Assembly: GCA_963752405.1 (NCBI GenBank)
Contig: CAVVYB010000015.1
Location: 279,664 to 343,663, forward strand
Length of the DNA stretch: 64,000 nucleotides
Direction of reading: 5' to 3'
From: an uncultured Gaiellaceae bacterium
Lineage (GTDB): Bacteria > Actinomycetota > Thermoleophilia > Gaiellales > Gaiellaceae
A model generated the notes under the pieces. The model was not told where the DNA came from, made no database searches, and saw only the letters and a program-made list of their open reading frames with translations. The stretch's first letter is position 1, and each line of letters starts with the position of its first letter. Below, one piece after another: positions 1-16,276 of the stretch. Made by a program: the position numbers and the translations under genes.

Positions 1-305
1 TCGTGCGCCGCGCCTCGGTCCTCGCGCTGCGGAACTCACCGCTGCGCCTGCGCCTGGCCGAGGGCGAGCTCACCGTCTCCGCGCAGACCCAGGACGTCGG
101 CGAGACGCACGAGACGATGCCCGCGGCGTACTCGGGCGAGGAGTTCGTGATCGGATTCAACGCCGAGTTCCTTCGCGACGGGGTCGACTCGATCGTCGGC
201 GACGACGTCAAGGTCAAGCTGATCAACCCACTGCGCCCGGCGATCCTGGAGGACGCAGCCGGCGACTTCACCTACCTGATCATGCCGATCAGGTTGGCCG
301 GCTAG
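1..305 (+). CDS. dnaN: DNA polymerase III beta sliding clamp, C-terminal end only (5' part lies upstream of the window)
   Basis: ORF 3..305 ends FVIGFNAEFLRDGVDSIVGDDVKVKLINPLRPAILEDAAGDFTYLIMPIRLAG*, a typical clamp domain-III tail. It sits directly upstream of recF-gyrB-gyrA. Confidence 0.85.
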   Translation, partial: VRRASVLALRNSPLRLRLAEGELTVSAQTQDVGETHETMPAAYSGEEFVIGFNAEFLRDGVDSIVGDDVKVKLINPLRPAILEDAAGDFTYLIMPIRLAG

Positions 306-1368
306 CTGATCGTTCGAACGGTCACTCTCCGCGACTTCCGGTCCTACGAACGGCTCGAGCTCGCACTCGAGCCGGGCGTCGTCCTCGTCACGGGCGCGAA
401 CGGCGCCGGCAAGACGAACCTGCTCGAGTCGCTGCACGTCGGCACGCAGGGCTTCTCGCCGCGCACGCGCGCCGACCAGCAGCTCGTCCGGTTCGGCGCC
501 TCGGGGGCGCGGATCGCGCTGGCGGGCGACAGAGGCGGGCGGCCGGTCGAGCTGGAGGTGACGCTGCAGCAGCAGGCCGGGAAGCGCGCGAAGCTGAACG
601 GAGCGCCGCTGCGGTCGGCCGACCAGCTCCGCGGCGAGGTCGCGACGCTCGTCTTCACGCCCGACCGGCTCGCCGTCGTGAAAGGGGGTCCCGCAGCACG
701 CCGCGCGTACTTCGACCGGTCGCTGAGCCGGCTGCTGCCGAGCCGGGCGGCTCTCCCGCTCGAGTATGCGGCCGCGGTCGGGCAGCGGAACGCAGCGCTT
801 CGGCGGGTCTCGTTCGGCGCTTCGACCCGCGATGCGGTTGCGCCGTGGACGGAGCAGGTGGCAGCCCTCGGCGCCTCCCTCGTCGCGTCCCGCCAGGAGG
901 CGATCGCACTTCTCTCGCCGGTCTTTGCCGAGCGTGCGGACGAGCTCGGCCTGCCGGGACGCCGCCCTCGAATACGGCGGCGAGCCGCCGACCGTGGCGG
1001 CGCTCGAGGCGCGGCTGGAGCGCGATCTGGAGCGCGGGGTCACCGGTCTCGGCCCGCACCTCGACGACGTCACCGTCCGCTCGGGAGAGCGGGACCTGCG
1101 GAGCTTCGGCTCCCAGGGCGAGCAGCGTCTGGCCGTGCTCTCGCTCCTGCTCGCCGAGGCGGAAGTGATCGCCGAGCAGCGGCGCACGCCCCCGCTCGTC
1201 CTCCTCGACGACGTCCTCTCGGAGCTCGACGCGACTCGCCGGCGGGCGCTCGCCGAGAGGATCGGCCGGGTCGGGCAGGCGATCGTGACCGCGACGAGCG
1301 CCGATGCGCTGCCGCTCGATCCTGCGCAGCTGCTCGAAGTGACCCCCGGCGCGGTCCGAGCCGCCTGA
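306..1368 (+). CDS. recF: DNA replication/repair protein RecF (one apparent frameshift near 955-960)
   Basis: Frame 3 from 306 reads IVRTVTLRDFRSYERLELALEPGVVLVTGANGAGKTNLLESLHVG (Walker A) and continues in ORF 558... The C-terminal half, with SFGSQGEQRLAVLSLLLAEAEVI and LVLLDDVLSELD, is in frame 1 (ORF 766..1368). The junction CTGCCGGGACGCC looks like one extra G. The start codon is unclear because no ATG/GTG follows the dnaN stop. Confidence 0.88.
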
Positions 1369-1832
1369 TGGACCGCCTCGACCGCCAGATCCGCCGCGAG
1401 CTCGGCCGCATCGGGCCGATGGACGGGGACATGACGGCGATCGTGCGCGTGTGGGACGCCGCGGTGGGCGAGACGGTGGCGCGAAACGCATGCCCGGCGC
1501 GCCTCGCGCGGGACGGCACGCTGCATGTGAACACCGCGTCCGCGACGTGGGCATTCGAGCTCGGGAGCCTCGCCCCGACGATCCTCGAGCAGCTCCGAAA
1601 CGAGCTCGGCGAAGCGGCGCCGCCGAAGCTTCGCTTCGCTCCGGGACCGATTCCGGACCCCGTCGCCGAGGCGCCCGAGCAGCGTGCTCCGGTTGCTCCT
1701 GAGATCGCCGCCGAGGACCGCGCCGAGGCCTCCGCGCTCGCCGCCGTGATCGAGGACGAGGAGCTCCGCGAGCTGGTCGCGCGAGCCGCCGCAGCAGGGC
1801 TCGCGAGGGCCCGCTCCGACCGGGGTTTCTGA
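1368..1832 (+). CDS. dciA: DUF721 / DciA-like protein
   Basis: The ATG at 1368 overlaps the recF stop (TGATG). MDRLDRQIRRELGRIG...IVRVWDAAVGETVARNACPARLARDGTLHVNTASATWAFELGSLAPTILEQLRNELG fits the DUF721 pattern. The gene occupies the recF-gyrB interval, as the actinobacterial DciA (Rv0004 position) does. Confidence 0.72.
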   Translation: MDRLDRQIRRELGRIGPMDGDMTAIVRVWDAAVGETVARNACPARLARDGTLHVNTASATWAFELGSLAPTILEQLRNELGEAAPPKLRFAPGPIPDPVAEAPEQRAPVAPEIAAEDRAEASALAAVIEDEELRELVARAAAAGLARARSDRGF

Positions 1833-1878
1833 TACACTGTGTTCCGCCCGCAAGGTGCTTATTTGCAGGGCTTTTTTG

Positions 1879-6878
<5,000 letters not shown>

Positions 6879-6883
6879 CCCAA

Positions 6884-6937
6884 GAAATCCTTCCTGATTT
6901 CTGCTGGACTCCCTTCCCAAACACGGAAAAACCGTGT
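6884..6937 (+). terminator. two short hairpins downstream of gyrA (weak terminator candidates)
   Basis: GAAATC-cttcct-GATTTC lies at 6884..6901. ACACGG-aaaaa-CCGTGT lies at 6921..6937 and is followed by ATATCTTTCT. Both sit in a locally low-GC spacer. The stems are only 6 bp. Confidence 0.25.
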
Positions 6938-6985
6938 ATATCTTTCTCCTGAGGGGTCGTAGCACCCGCCGATAAAGGGATCAGC

Positions 6986-7282
6986 ATGGCTTACAACACG
7001 CAATTGAACATTCTCGAGCCGGTGAACCTGTCGGAGCACCTGGACAAGATCGAGCTCTACCTCGGCCAGGTCTGCCAGATCGCCGGGATCTCGAAGATGC
7101 AGCTCGACTACTGGACGAACAAGGCGCAGATCCCGACTAAGGGCAAGAAGCAGCGGATCTACGACATCGAGGCGCTCGAGACGGTGATGCTGATCAAGCA
7201 GGCCAAGGACAAGGGCCTGAATCTCGGTGCTGCAATCGAAGCTGCTCGCCGGTTCCGGAGCGCGAATGCTCCGCTGGGTTAA
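6986..7282 (+). CDS. small MerR-family helix-turn-helix DNA-binding protein
   Basis: Intact 98-aa ORF. The segment YLGQVCQIAGISKMQLDYWTNKAQIPTKGKKQRIYDIEALETVMLIKQAKDKGL has the MerR-type HTH plus wing layout. The gene and its leader are visibly less GC-rich than their neighbours. Confidence 0.65.
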   Translation: MAYNTQLNILEPVNLSEHLDKIELYLGQVCQIAGISKMQLDYWTNKAQIPTKGKKQRIYDIEALETVMLIKQAKDKGLNLGAAIEAARRFRSANAPLG

Positions 7283-7291
7283 CCCCGCCGC

Positions 7292-8075
7292 CTAGACTCT
7301 CGATCGTTCCGCCGCTCCTCGCGCCTTGTCCATGAAGGCGGTCAGCATGTCGATCGGCGCCGGGAAGACGATCGTCGTCGCGTTCGTGGCGCCGATCTCG
7401 AGCAGCGTCTGCAGGTAGCGCAGCTGCAGCGCCATCGGCGACTTCGCCATCACGTCGGCGGCGTCCGCAAGCTTCTGGGATGCCTGGAACTCACCCTCGG
7501 CGGCGATGATCTTGGCGCGCCGCTCGCGCTCTGCCTCGGCCTGGCGAGCCATCGCGCGCTGCATGCCGGCCGGGATCTCCACGTCCTTCACCTCGACGAT
7601 CGAGACCTTCACGCCCCAGGGGGAGGTCGCCTCGTCGATGATGTTCTGGAGGATCGCGTTGATCTTGTCGCGCTCCGAGAGCAGCTCGTCGAGCATGTGC
7701 TGGCCGAGGACGGAGCGCAGCGTCGTCTGCGAGATCTGGGAGGTCGCGACCATGAAGTTCTCGATCTGCACGATCGCGTTCTTCGGCTCGACGATCCGGA
7801 AGTAGGCGACCGCGTTCACGCGCACCGGCACGTTGTCCTTCGTGATCACTTCCTGCGGGGGCACATTGAGGGTGATCGTGCGCAGGTCGACCTTCACCAT
7901 CCGGTCGATCACGGGGATCAGGAAGAAGAGGCCGGGTCCCTTCGGCTCGGGCAAGAGCCGGCCGAGCCGGAAGATGACGCCGCGCTCGTACTCGCGCGCG
8001 ACCTTGACCGCGGCGAAGACGAACATCAGCACGATCAGGACGACGACGGCGACGAATGATCAGTGCGACGTACAC
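7292..8075 (-). CDS. SPFH/band-7 (stomatin-like, slipin) membrane protein
   Basis: ORF 7292..8032 contains [43 protein letters not shown]...[24 protein letters not shown]. The N-terminal TM helix ([10 protein letters not shown]..) is in another frame, with a frameshift near 8045. A GTG at 8075 follows the NfeD stop. Confidence 0.85.
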
Positions 8076-8077
8076 GA

Positions 8078-9400
8078 TCAGGTCCTTTCGACGGGTTCCG
8101 GGCTTGCTGCGACCACGAGTTGCAACGTCTCTTGCTCGACGGACTCTACGCGCACCTCGCCGCCCGCCGGCAGTGGTTCGCCGTCGGTGGTGCGGGCGTG
8201 CCAGAGCTCGCCGTCGACGAAGACGAGGTTCTCGGCGCGCACCTGGCCGGTCTCGCCGACGAGCCGGTGGGCGCCGACCTCGGGCGTGGTCCGCCGGAGC
8301 TTGACGGCCTTCGTCAGCGCGAAGCCGAAGAGGAGCATGAGCGTTCCGGCGATCGCGAGCGCGACAGGGAGGGAGACCTGGTACGCGTCGCCCGCCGGGT
8401 CGAAGAGCATCAAGCGCGCCGATCACGAACATGATCGCGCCGGCGAGGGCGAGCGCCCCGTGCGAGACGATGAACGCCTCCGCTACGAAGAACGCGGCAG
8501 CGAGCAGCATCAGCAGCAGGCCGGCGATCGAGACCGGCAGCACCTGGAGGCCGTAGAGGCCGACGATCAGCGAGATCGCGCCGACGGTGCCGGGGAAGAT
8601 GAGACCGGGGTTCCAGAGCTCGACGACGATCCCGATCAGGCCGATCGAGAGCATCAGCGCGATGATGTTCGGGTCGATCAGCAGATCGAGGAGCCGCTTC
8701 CACGCCGACATCTCGATCCGCTCGATCGGTCGTCTCGGGCGGCGTCGAGATCGTCAGCCCCTTCGGCTGCGGTCGTCATGCCGTCGATCTGGCGGAAGAG
8801 GTCCGGGTAGTCCGTCGCGATCACGTCGATGACGTTCTTCTCCAGCGCTTCGCGGGCGCCGAGATTCGTCGCCACCGTGACCATCTGCCGGCGCGACGTC
8901 GACGTTGCGGCCGTGCTCGCGCGCGAGCTCGCCGATGTAGGCGGCCGCGTCGTTGACGATCTTGCGCCGCAGGTCGTCCGAGATGTCCTCGCCGCCGATC
9001 GAAACCGGGGTCGAGGAGCCGATGTTCGTCTGCGGCGCCATCGCGAGCACGTCGGCGGACATGCCGATCACGGCGCCGGCGGAGTCGGCACTGGCGCCGG
9101 GACGGTGCGACGTAGACGATGACCGGAATCTTCGCCGCCAGGATCCCCTTGACGATGTCGCGCATCGAGGAGCCGAGCCCGCCCGGCGTGTCCATCTCGA
9201 TCACGACGGCCGCAAAGCCTTCCTCCTCGCCCCGGTGGATCGCGTCGAGGAGATACTCCTGCGTCACGGGGTTGACGTCGTTCTCGAACTCGGCAACGAG
9301 GACCTGAGGCGGTGTCGGCGGCCGAGGCCGAGCCCGAGAACGCAGCGGCCGCGGCCAGCGCCGCGAGAGCGATCAGACCCCGCGAGAGGGGAGCGTCCAA
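8078..9400 (-). CDS. NfeD-family membrane-bound ClpP-class serine protease (about five apparent frameshifts)
   Basis: Stitched from 9068..9400 (signal peptide MDAPLSRGLIALAALAAAAAFSGSASA), 8821..9267 (VTQEYLLDAIHRGEEEGFAAVVIEMDTPGG), 8754..9071 (IGMSADVLAMAPQTNIGSSTPV), 8678..8884, 7491..8711 (TM block MSAWKRLLDLLIDPNIIALMLSIGLIGIVVELWNPG) and 8078..8413 (C-terminal NfeD OB domain VFVDGELWHARTTDGEPLPAGGEVRV). This is the classic operon partner of an SPFH gene. Confidence 0.8.
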
Positions 9401-9412
9401 GGCCCTGAAAGT

Positions 9413-10582
9413 CTACGCGCGGACGCGGTTCTGGAAGGAGTTGTCGAGCGCGGCGCGCAGCCCGACGGCGAGTGCGCCGGTGAGAACGGCGGCGTCACCG
9501 AGGCTCGAGACCTCGATGCGAGGCGGGTACGGCAGCCAGCGGGAGAGGAAATCTCGGGTCGGGCTCGAGGAGGAGGTCTGCGTTGGCCCCGATGCCGCCG
9601 CCGAGGACGACGAGCGCGATGTCGGTGACCGCGGCGACCGGTGCCAGGTGAAGCGCGATCCGCCGCGCCTCCTCGTCGACGACCTTCTGCGCGATCGCGT
9701 CGCCGGCGCGTGCGGCCGCGAAGATGCTGCGGACGTCGAACGGCGGTTGGAGGGTCGTCGCGGCGCCGTTCTCGGCCACGAGCCGCGCCGCGAGCTCGGA
9801 GACCGCTGCGGCGCACGGGTCGATCTCGTCCGTGCGGCCGGCGGCGACCAGGTCGACCTCTCCCGCGGCGCCGTGGCGGCCGCGATGGAGCTCGCCCCGA
9901 AGGATGAGGCCGGCGCCGAGCCCGGTGCCGACCGAGAGGAAGACGAAGTCCTCCACGCCACGCGCGACTCCCTGCCAGCGTTCGCCGACCGCGGCCAGGT
10001 TGATGTCGTTCTCGACGGCGACGGGGAGCTCGAGCCGGCCGCGAATGTCGTCGCCCCAGTGCCGCCCCTCGAGGCCGGGGACGTTCGTCGCGAGCCGGAG
10101 CTGGCCGGTGTCCGCGTCGACGACGCCCGGGACGCCGACGACCGCACCGTCGATCAGCTCGGCGGAGAGCCCGCAGGACTCGGCGAGCGAGTCTCGGAGG
10201 ATGCCGATCGCCTCGATCGCCGCGTCGGCATCGGCTGCCGTCGAGCTCGACGTCCTGGCGCGCCCGCACCTCGCCGCGGAGGTCGCAGATCGCGCCGCGG
10301 AGGAAGCGAGCGCCGAGATCGAGGCCGAGGACGAGCGCAGCTTCCGGAACGAGGTCGAAGAAGACGGCGCCGTAGGTTGGCCGCCCCGGGTCCGGCTCGG
10401 TCTCCTGCACGAGCCCCGCCTCGAGGAGCGATTGCAGCGCGAGCGAGACCGTCGGCTTGGAGATGCCGGCCCGGCGTGAGATCTCGGCGCGCGAGATGGG
10501 AGCTCCGGCCCGGATCGTCTCGAGCACGGTGCGCTCGTTCAGGTCCTTCAGCAGCGGCGGAATGGCAGCGGCGCGGCGTCAT
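9413..10582 (-). CDS. ROK-family transcriptional regulator (NagC/XylR type; several frameshifts)
   Basis: N-terminal wHTH: LLKDLNERTVLETIRAGAPISRAEISRRAGISKPTVSLALQSLLEAGLV (ORF 9373..10527). ROK sugar-kinase-like core: FLSVGTGLGAGLILRGELHRGRHGAAGEV (ORF 9495..9956). The tail is in ORF 9413... ATG at 10582. The gene is divergent from the sugar ABC operon. Confidence 0.8.
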
Positions 10583-10754
10583 CTGGTCAACAACCTTACT
10601 CGTTTTGCCGGACAATCCCAGCAAACTTGACTTCCTGGCGCAAGAAGTTCAGAGTCGCGTTCGGAAAGTTAACTAACCTGCCCGCAGGCTCACCGGCCTG
10701 GGCTGGGAGGGACAGGGACGCGATGACGTCCGGACACTCCAGAGGAGGGCTCAG

Positions 10755-12097
10755 ATGAAACGCATGGCGACGATAGTCGTCCTGCTCGCGGCACTTGCGC
10801 TCGTTGCGGTCGCCGCTGCGGCCGTGTCGGAGGATGCGGCGTCGACCTCACCCGCGGCGAAGGGCGGCACGGCCGCCACCACGCTGACGGTGTGGGTCGG
10901 CTGGAGCGCCCGCGAGCTGAGCGAGTTCAAGAAGGTCGCTGCCGAGTACGACAAGAAGAACGCGGCCGTCACCGTCAAGGTCGTCGGCGGAATCAACGAC
11001 GACAAGATCATCGCCGCCCTGCGCGGCGGGAACGCTCCTGACGTCGTCAGCTCGTTCACGTCCGCGAACGTCGGCATCTACTGCCCCTCGGGTGGCTGGA
11101 TCGACCTCGGGCCGTACCTCAAGCGCGACAAGGTCGACATGAACCAGTTCCCGGCGGCGACTCGCTACTACACGCAGTACCAGGGCAAGCGGTGCGCGCT
11201 GCCGCTGCTCGCCGACGTCTACGGCTTCTACTACAACAAGGCGATGTTCGCGGCGGCCGGGCTCAAGGGCGCCGCCGAAGACGCTCGCCGAGCTGACGAC
11301 ATACGCCAAGAAGCTGACGACGAAGAACGCCGACGGGTCGTTGAAGGTCGTCGGCTACAACCCGTTCTTCGGCTTCTACCAGAACACGTCGGGCGCCTAC
11401 CAGCCGCTCGTGAACGGCAAGTGGTTCGACAGCAACGGCAAGTCGAGTCTCGGCAAGGATCCGGCATGGCAGAAGCTGCTGCGCTGGCAGAAGAGCCTGG
11501 TCGACTACTACGGGCACAAGAACCTGGTCAAGTGGAACGCCGGCGCGGGCGACGAGTTCTCCGCCTCGCACGCGTTCGAGACCGGCAAGCTCGCGATGAT
11601 GATGGACGGTGAGTGGCGCGTGGCGTTCGTCGCGGCCGAGCACCCGGACGCTCAAGTACGGCACCGCGCCGATGCCGGTCGACGCCTCGGTCTCGAGCCG
11701 CTACGGCTCGGGCTACATCAACGGCACGATCATCGGCATCCCGAAGAACGGCAAGAACCGCGAAGAGGCCTGGAAGTTCGTCAAGTACATGACGACGAAC
11801 GACCACGCGCTCGCGACGTTCTCGAACGGGATCCGCAACGTCCCCTCGACCCGCTCGTCGTCGACGTCGAAGGAGCTGAAGCCGGACGCGAACTTCGCGA
11901 CGTTCACGAAGATCTTCGCGAACCCGAAGTCGCAGACGGTGCCGATCACGACCGCGGGCTCGGCCTACCTCGACACGTTCGCCAACTTCCTCGCGAAGTG
12001 GCAGGCTGGCAAGGTGAGCGACCTCCAGAAGGGCTTGCAGGAGGTCGACAAGCAGATCGACGCCAAGCTGAAGCAGTCGGGCGGCGGCGTTCCGTGA
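10755..12097 (+). CDS. sugar ABC transporter substrate-binding protein (family 1 SBP; two frameshifts)
   Basis: Signal peptide MKRMATIVVLLAALALVAVAAAA. Fragments 10755.. (frame 3), 11341.. (frame 1, KVVGYNPFFGFYQNT...MMMDGEWRV) and 11609..12097 (frame 2, GTIIGIPKNGKNREEAWKFVKYM). Shifts near 11275 and 11650. Confidence 0.85.
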
Positions 12098-13107
12098 TCC
12101 AAGCGCCGGTAGCCGGGGCGGACACCGCCCCGGCTCTGCCGGCGGTCGATCGCCGGCGAGCCAGGAGGAAGGCGGCGTGGAGGAGGCGCGGCCTCGTCCT
12201 CGCCTTCATGAGCCCCTGGCTCGTCGGCTTCTGCGTCTTCATCGCCTATCCGCTCGTCTACAGCGCCTACCTCTCGCTCCACTCGTACGACCTGCTCAGC
12301 CCACCGCGCTGGGTCGGGCTCGCGAACTACCGCTACCTCTTCCACGGAGGATCCTGAGGTCGGGACGGCCGTGCGCAACACGCTCTGGCTGATCGTGATC
12401 GCCGTGCCGCTGCAGGTGCTGTTCGCCTTCGGGATCGCCGTGATGGTGACTCGTGCGAAGCGCGGCGGCGGCGTCTTCCGGACGATCTTCTACCTGCCTG
12501 CGCTGGCACCCCCGGTGGCCGCTGCGCTCGGGTTCGTCTACCTGCTGAACCCCGCGACCGGCCCGGTCAACACCGTGCTCGACAAGCTCGGCATCGAAGG
12601 GCCGCTCTGGTTCAACGACCCGGGCTGGTCGAAGCCCTCGCTGACGCTGCTCGGGATGTGGGGTGTCGGCACGATCTTCGTGATCTTCCTGGCGGCGATC
12701 CTCGACGTGCCGAGGCACCTGCACGAGTCGGCGGAGCTCGACGGCGCCGGCGCGTTCCGGCGACTTGCGTTACGTCACGCTGCCGACGATGAGCCCTGTG
12801 ATCCTGTTCGCCGTCGTCCTCGGCGTGATTCAGGCGCTCCAGTACTTCACGCAGGCGTACGTCGCCGCGTCGATCGCCGCCGGCCAGGCGTCGCAGGCCG
12901 GGACGGTGAGCACGCTCGAGCAGGGCTACCCGGAGGGCTCGACGCTCTTCTACCCGATCCTCCTCTACTACCACGGCTTCCGCTTCTTCAACATGGGCTA
13001 CGCCTCGGCGCTGGCCATGCTGCTGCTCGCGCGTCGCGTTCGCGGTGACGTTGATCATCGTCCGCAACTCGCGGCGCTGGGTGCACTACTCAGGAGCGGT
13101 TCGGTGA
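12094..13107 (+). CDS. sugar ABC transporter permease (MalF/UgpA-like; three frameshifts)
   Basis: The GTG at 12094 overlaps the SBP stop (GTGA). FMSPWLVGFCVFIAYPLVYSAYLSL, then 12371.. (NTLWLIVIAVPLQVLFAFGIAV...ESAELDGAG, the EAA loop), then 12765.. (YVTLPTMSPVILFAVVLGVIQALQYF). The tail ends at TGA 13105-13107. Confidence 0.85.
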
Positions 13108-13159
13108 GCGACGCGGCTGTCACCGCACCGTTCGAGCGCCGGAAGGCTGCCGGCCCAGC

Positions 13160-13988
13160 GTGCGCCGGCAGCGGTTCCTGATCTCGGTCGCCGAGCACAG
13201 CGTCCTGATCGCGCTGGCGCTCGCGTTTCTGGCGCCCGTCGTCTTCATGACGCTGACGGCGCTGATGACGTCGAAGCAGGCGCTCTCGCCGGAGCTCTGG
13301 CCGAAGACCTTCGAGTGGGGGAACTTCGTCGAGGTCTTTCACAAGTCGCCGCTGCTGAAGCTGGACGCTCAACACGACCATCTACGCAGGGCTGGCGACC
13401 CTCGGCGTCGTCGTCTCCAGCATCCCGGTGGCGTATGCGCTCTCACGGCTGCGCTGGAAGGGTCGCGACGCGGTCTTCATGGTCGTCCTCGTGGCGCTGA
13501 TGCTGCCGCCACAGGTGGCCGTCGTGCCGCTCTACGTGATGTGGGCGAAGGTCGGCCTCGTCGGCACGCTCTGGCCGCTGATCATTCCGGTCTGGTTCGG
13601 CGACGCGTTCGCGATCTTCCTCCTGCGCCAGTTCTTCCTCACGATTCCCGAGGAGTACCTCGACGCGGCACGTGTCGACGGGTGCGGCGAGTTCCGGATC
13701 CTGACCACGGTCGTCGTCCGGCTCGCGAAGCCGGCAATCGCGGCGGTCGCGCTCTTCTCGGTCCTCTACTGCTTCAACGACTTCTTCCTGCCGCTGCTCT
13801 ACGTGGGCGAGAACCAGGACAACTGGGTCATCTCGATCGGGCTCTCTCAGTTCCGCTCGCTGCATCAGGTGCAGTGGAACCTCGTGATGGCGGCGACGAT
13901 CCTCGTGATGCTGCCCGTGCTGGTCCTCTTCTTCCTCGCGCAGCGGGCGTTCGTCGAAGGCGTCACCCTGACCGGGGTCAAGGGATGA
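13160..13988 (+). CDS. sugar ABC transporter permease (MalG/UgpE-like; one frameshift near 13365)
   Basis: VRRQRFLISVAEHSVLIALALAFLAPVVFMTLTALMTSKQAL (start of ORF 13160..), then 13428..13988 (PLIIPVWFGDAFAIFLLRQFFLTIPEEYLDAARVDGCGEF, the EAA loop). The start could instead be the GTG at 13104, with an extra shift. Confidence 0.82.
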
Positions 13989-15260
13989 AGATCGCGGTCA
14001 TCGGCGGCGGCTCGACCTACACGCCGGAGCTCGTCTCGGGACTCTCGCGGGAGCGCGACAAGATCGACGTGCGCGAGCTCGTCCTGCACGACATCGACGA
14101 GGAGCGGCGCGACGTGGTCGGCGGGCTTGCCGCGCGGATGCTGGAACGGCAGGGCTATGCCGGCGAGCTGCAGGTGACCGGCGATCTGGATCGCGCGCTC
14201 GACGGCGCCGACTTCGTCCTGATCCAGATTCGCGTCGGCGGCCAGCAGGCGCGCCTCTCGGACGAGACCGTCCCGCTCGCGTGCGGCTGCATCGGCCAGG
14301 AGACGACCGGCGCCGGCGGGTTCGCGAAGGCACTCCGGACCGTGCCGGTGGTGCTGGCGATCGCGGACCGGGTACGGGAGCTCTCGTCGCCGGATGCCTG
14401 GATCGTCGACTTCACGAATCCGGTCGGGATCGTCACGCGCTCGCTGCTCGATGCCGGGCACCGCGCCGTCGGTCTCTGCAACGTCGCGATCGGCTTCCAG
14501 CGCTCGTTTGCGCGCCACCTCGGCGTGCAGCCCGGGCAGCTCGTCGTCGACCAGGTCGGTCTGAATCATCTGACCTGGATCCGGTCTGTCAGCCTCGATG
14601 GTCGCGACGTTCTCCCGCAGCTGCTGGCTTCGCACGGCGACGCGGTTGCCGAACAGGCTGCGTTGCCACGCGAGCTGCTCGAGGAGCTCGGGGTCGTCCC
14701 CTCGCCGTATCTCCAGTACTTCTACCGCCATGACTCGATCCTGGCCGGGCAGCTGGAAGGCACGCCTCGCGCCGAGGTCGTCGCCGAGATCGAGCGCGGC
14801 CTGCTCGAGCTCTATCGCGACCCGACTCTGAACGAGAAGCCTGCGCTGCTCGAGCAACGCGGCGGCGCCTTCTACAGCGAGGCCGCCACGGGCCTCGTGA
14901 CGTCGCTCGTCACAGGCGACGGAGTCGTGCACGAGGTGGATCTGCGCAACGACGGCACGCTCGCCGGCCTTGCCGACGACGACGTGGTCGAGGTTCCAGC
15001 ACGGGTCGTGAACGGGCGGCTCGTCCCGCTCCCGCAGGAGCCTCTCGCACCGGAGTTGCTCGGCCTGACCCAGCACGTCGCCGCCTACGAACGGCTCGCG
15101 TGCGCAGGCCGCTGTCACCGGTGACACCTCGATCGCTCGCAAGGCGCTGCTCGCGCATCCGTTGATCGGACAGCATCCGCTGAACGAGGAGCTGGTCGAG
15201 AGCCTGCTCGCGGCAGAGGCCAAGCGGCTGCCGCGGTCCGGCACGGAGGCACTGGCGTGA
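13985..15260 (+). CDS. glycoside hydrolase family 4, 6-phospho-beta-glucosidase-like (CelF/LicH type)
   Basis: The ATG at 13985 overlaps the permease stop (ATGA). MKIAVIGGGSTYTPELVSGL (NAD-binding N-terminus typical of phospho-glycosidases), GCIGQETTGAGGFAKALRTVPV, VGLCNVAIG. The last ~50 aa (AAVTGDTSIARKALLAHPLIG...) need a +1 shift near 15100. Stop at 15258-15260. Confidence 0.82.
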
Positions 15261-16276
15261 CGCGGCCGATCGTCCTCGCCGTCGACGGCGGCAACTCCAA
15301 GACCGACCTCGCGCTCGTCGGCGTCGACGGCAACGTGCTCGCGGTCGTGCGCGGTCCGCTCAGCTCGCCCCACCACCTTGGCCTTGCCGGCTGCCTCGAC
15401 GTGCTCCACCGGCTCTTCAACGAGGCGGTCGAGCAGGCGGGCCTGGAGCGGGCGAACGGGCCTGTCGCCGAGGTCGCCGTCCTGCGCATGGCCGGCGTCG
15501 ACTTCCCGGCCGAGGAGGATGCCCTGCACGCGACCGTCAGCGAGCGCGGGTGGGCGAACCGTGTCTCCGTCGGCAACGACACCTTCGCCGTTCTCCGAGC
15601 GGGCACCGAGCGCGGCTGGGGCGTCGCCGTCGTCTGCGGCGCCGGGATCAATTGCGTCGGCGTCGCGCCCGACGGCCGTCAGGTCCGCTTCCCCGCGCTC
15701 GGCGAGATCACCGGTGACTGGGGCGGCGGCTACGACGTCGGGATGGCCGCGGTCTCGGCGGCGGCCCGGAGCGAGGACGGACGCGGCCCGAGGACGAGCC
15801 TCGAGCACTCCGTGCCGGCTCACTTCGGCCTCTCGAGCCCGCTCGAGCTGGCCGAGGCGATCCACAACCAGAAGATCACGCGGCGCCGCGTGATCGAGCT
15901 GCCGCGGCTCGTCTTCGCCGAGGCTGCCGACGACGCCGTCGCCGCAGAGATCGTCACTCGCCTCGCCGGCGAGGTGGTCGCCCTCGCCCGCGCGGCGCTC
16001 ACCCGGCTCGAACTGACGCAGGAGCCGGTGGAGGTCGTCCTCGGCGGCGGCCTGCTGCAGGCGGCCGACGGACCGCTGTCCGGCAAGATCGCAGCCGGTC
16101 TCGCCGAGGTCGGCCCGCACATCACCGTTCGCCCCGCCGCCTCCGCGCCGGTGGTCGGTGCAGCACTCCTCGGGCTCGACGAGCTCGCCGCGACACCCGA
16201 GGCGCAGGAGCGGCTTCGCCGCGAGCTCGCCGGGACCGACAACACACCGACCATGAGGACGGCCGCAGATGGCTGA
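15257..16276 (+). CDS. BadF/BadG/BcrA/BcrD-type ATPase, N-acetylglucosamine-kinase-like sugar kinase
   Basis: Intact 339-aa [18 protein letters not shown] (phosphate-1 motif), [28 protein letters not shown] overlap with the GH4 gene. Confidence 0.78.
   Translation: MTRPIVLAVDGGNSKTDLALVGVDGNVLAVVRGPLSSPHHLGLAGCLDVLHRLFNEAVEQAGLERANGPVAEVAVLRMAGVDFPAEEDALHATVSERGWANRVSVGNDTFAVLRAGTERGWGVAVVCGAGINCVGVAPDGRQVRFPALGEITGDWGGGYDVGMAAVSAAARSEDGRGPRTSLEHSVPAHFGLSSPLELAEAIHNQKITRRRVIELPRLVFAEAADDAVAAEIVTRLAGEVVALARAALTRLELTQEPVEVVLGGGLLQAADGPLSGKIAAGLAEVGPHITVRPAASAPVVGAALLGLDELAATPEAQERLRRELAGTDNTPTMRTAADG

Noticed and set aside
13160-15124. Other chimeric ORF-track entries: 13160..15124 (permease + GH4), 18447..20603 (amidase middle + sigma N-terminus + fabZ), 52007..54613 (PolX + decarboxylase) and 55897..58650 (MFS + LacI + antisense of the GDE gene). 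The single gyrB ORF 1855..4278 belongs with them, because its middle is out of frame.
   Set aside because: The motif content changes abruptly to low-complexity sequence inside each one, and the missing motifs are found in neighbouring frames. They are accidental read-throughs, not multidomain proteins.
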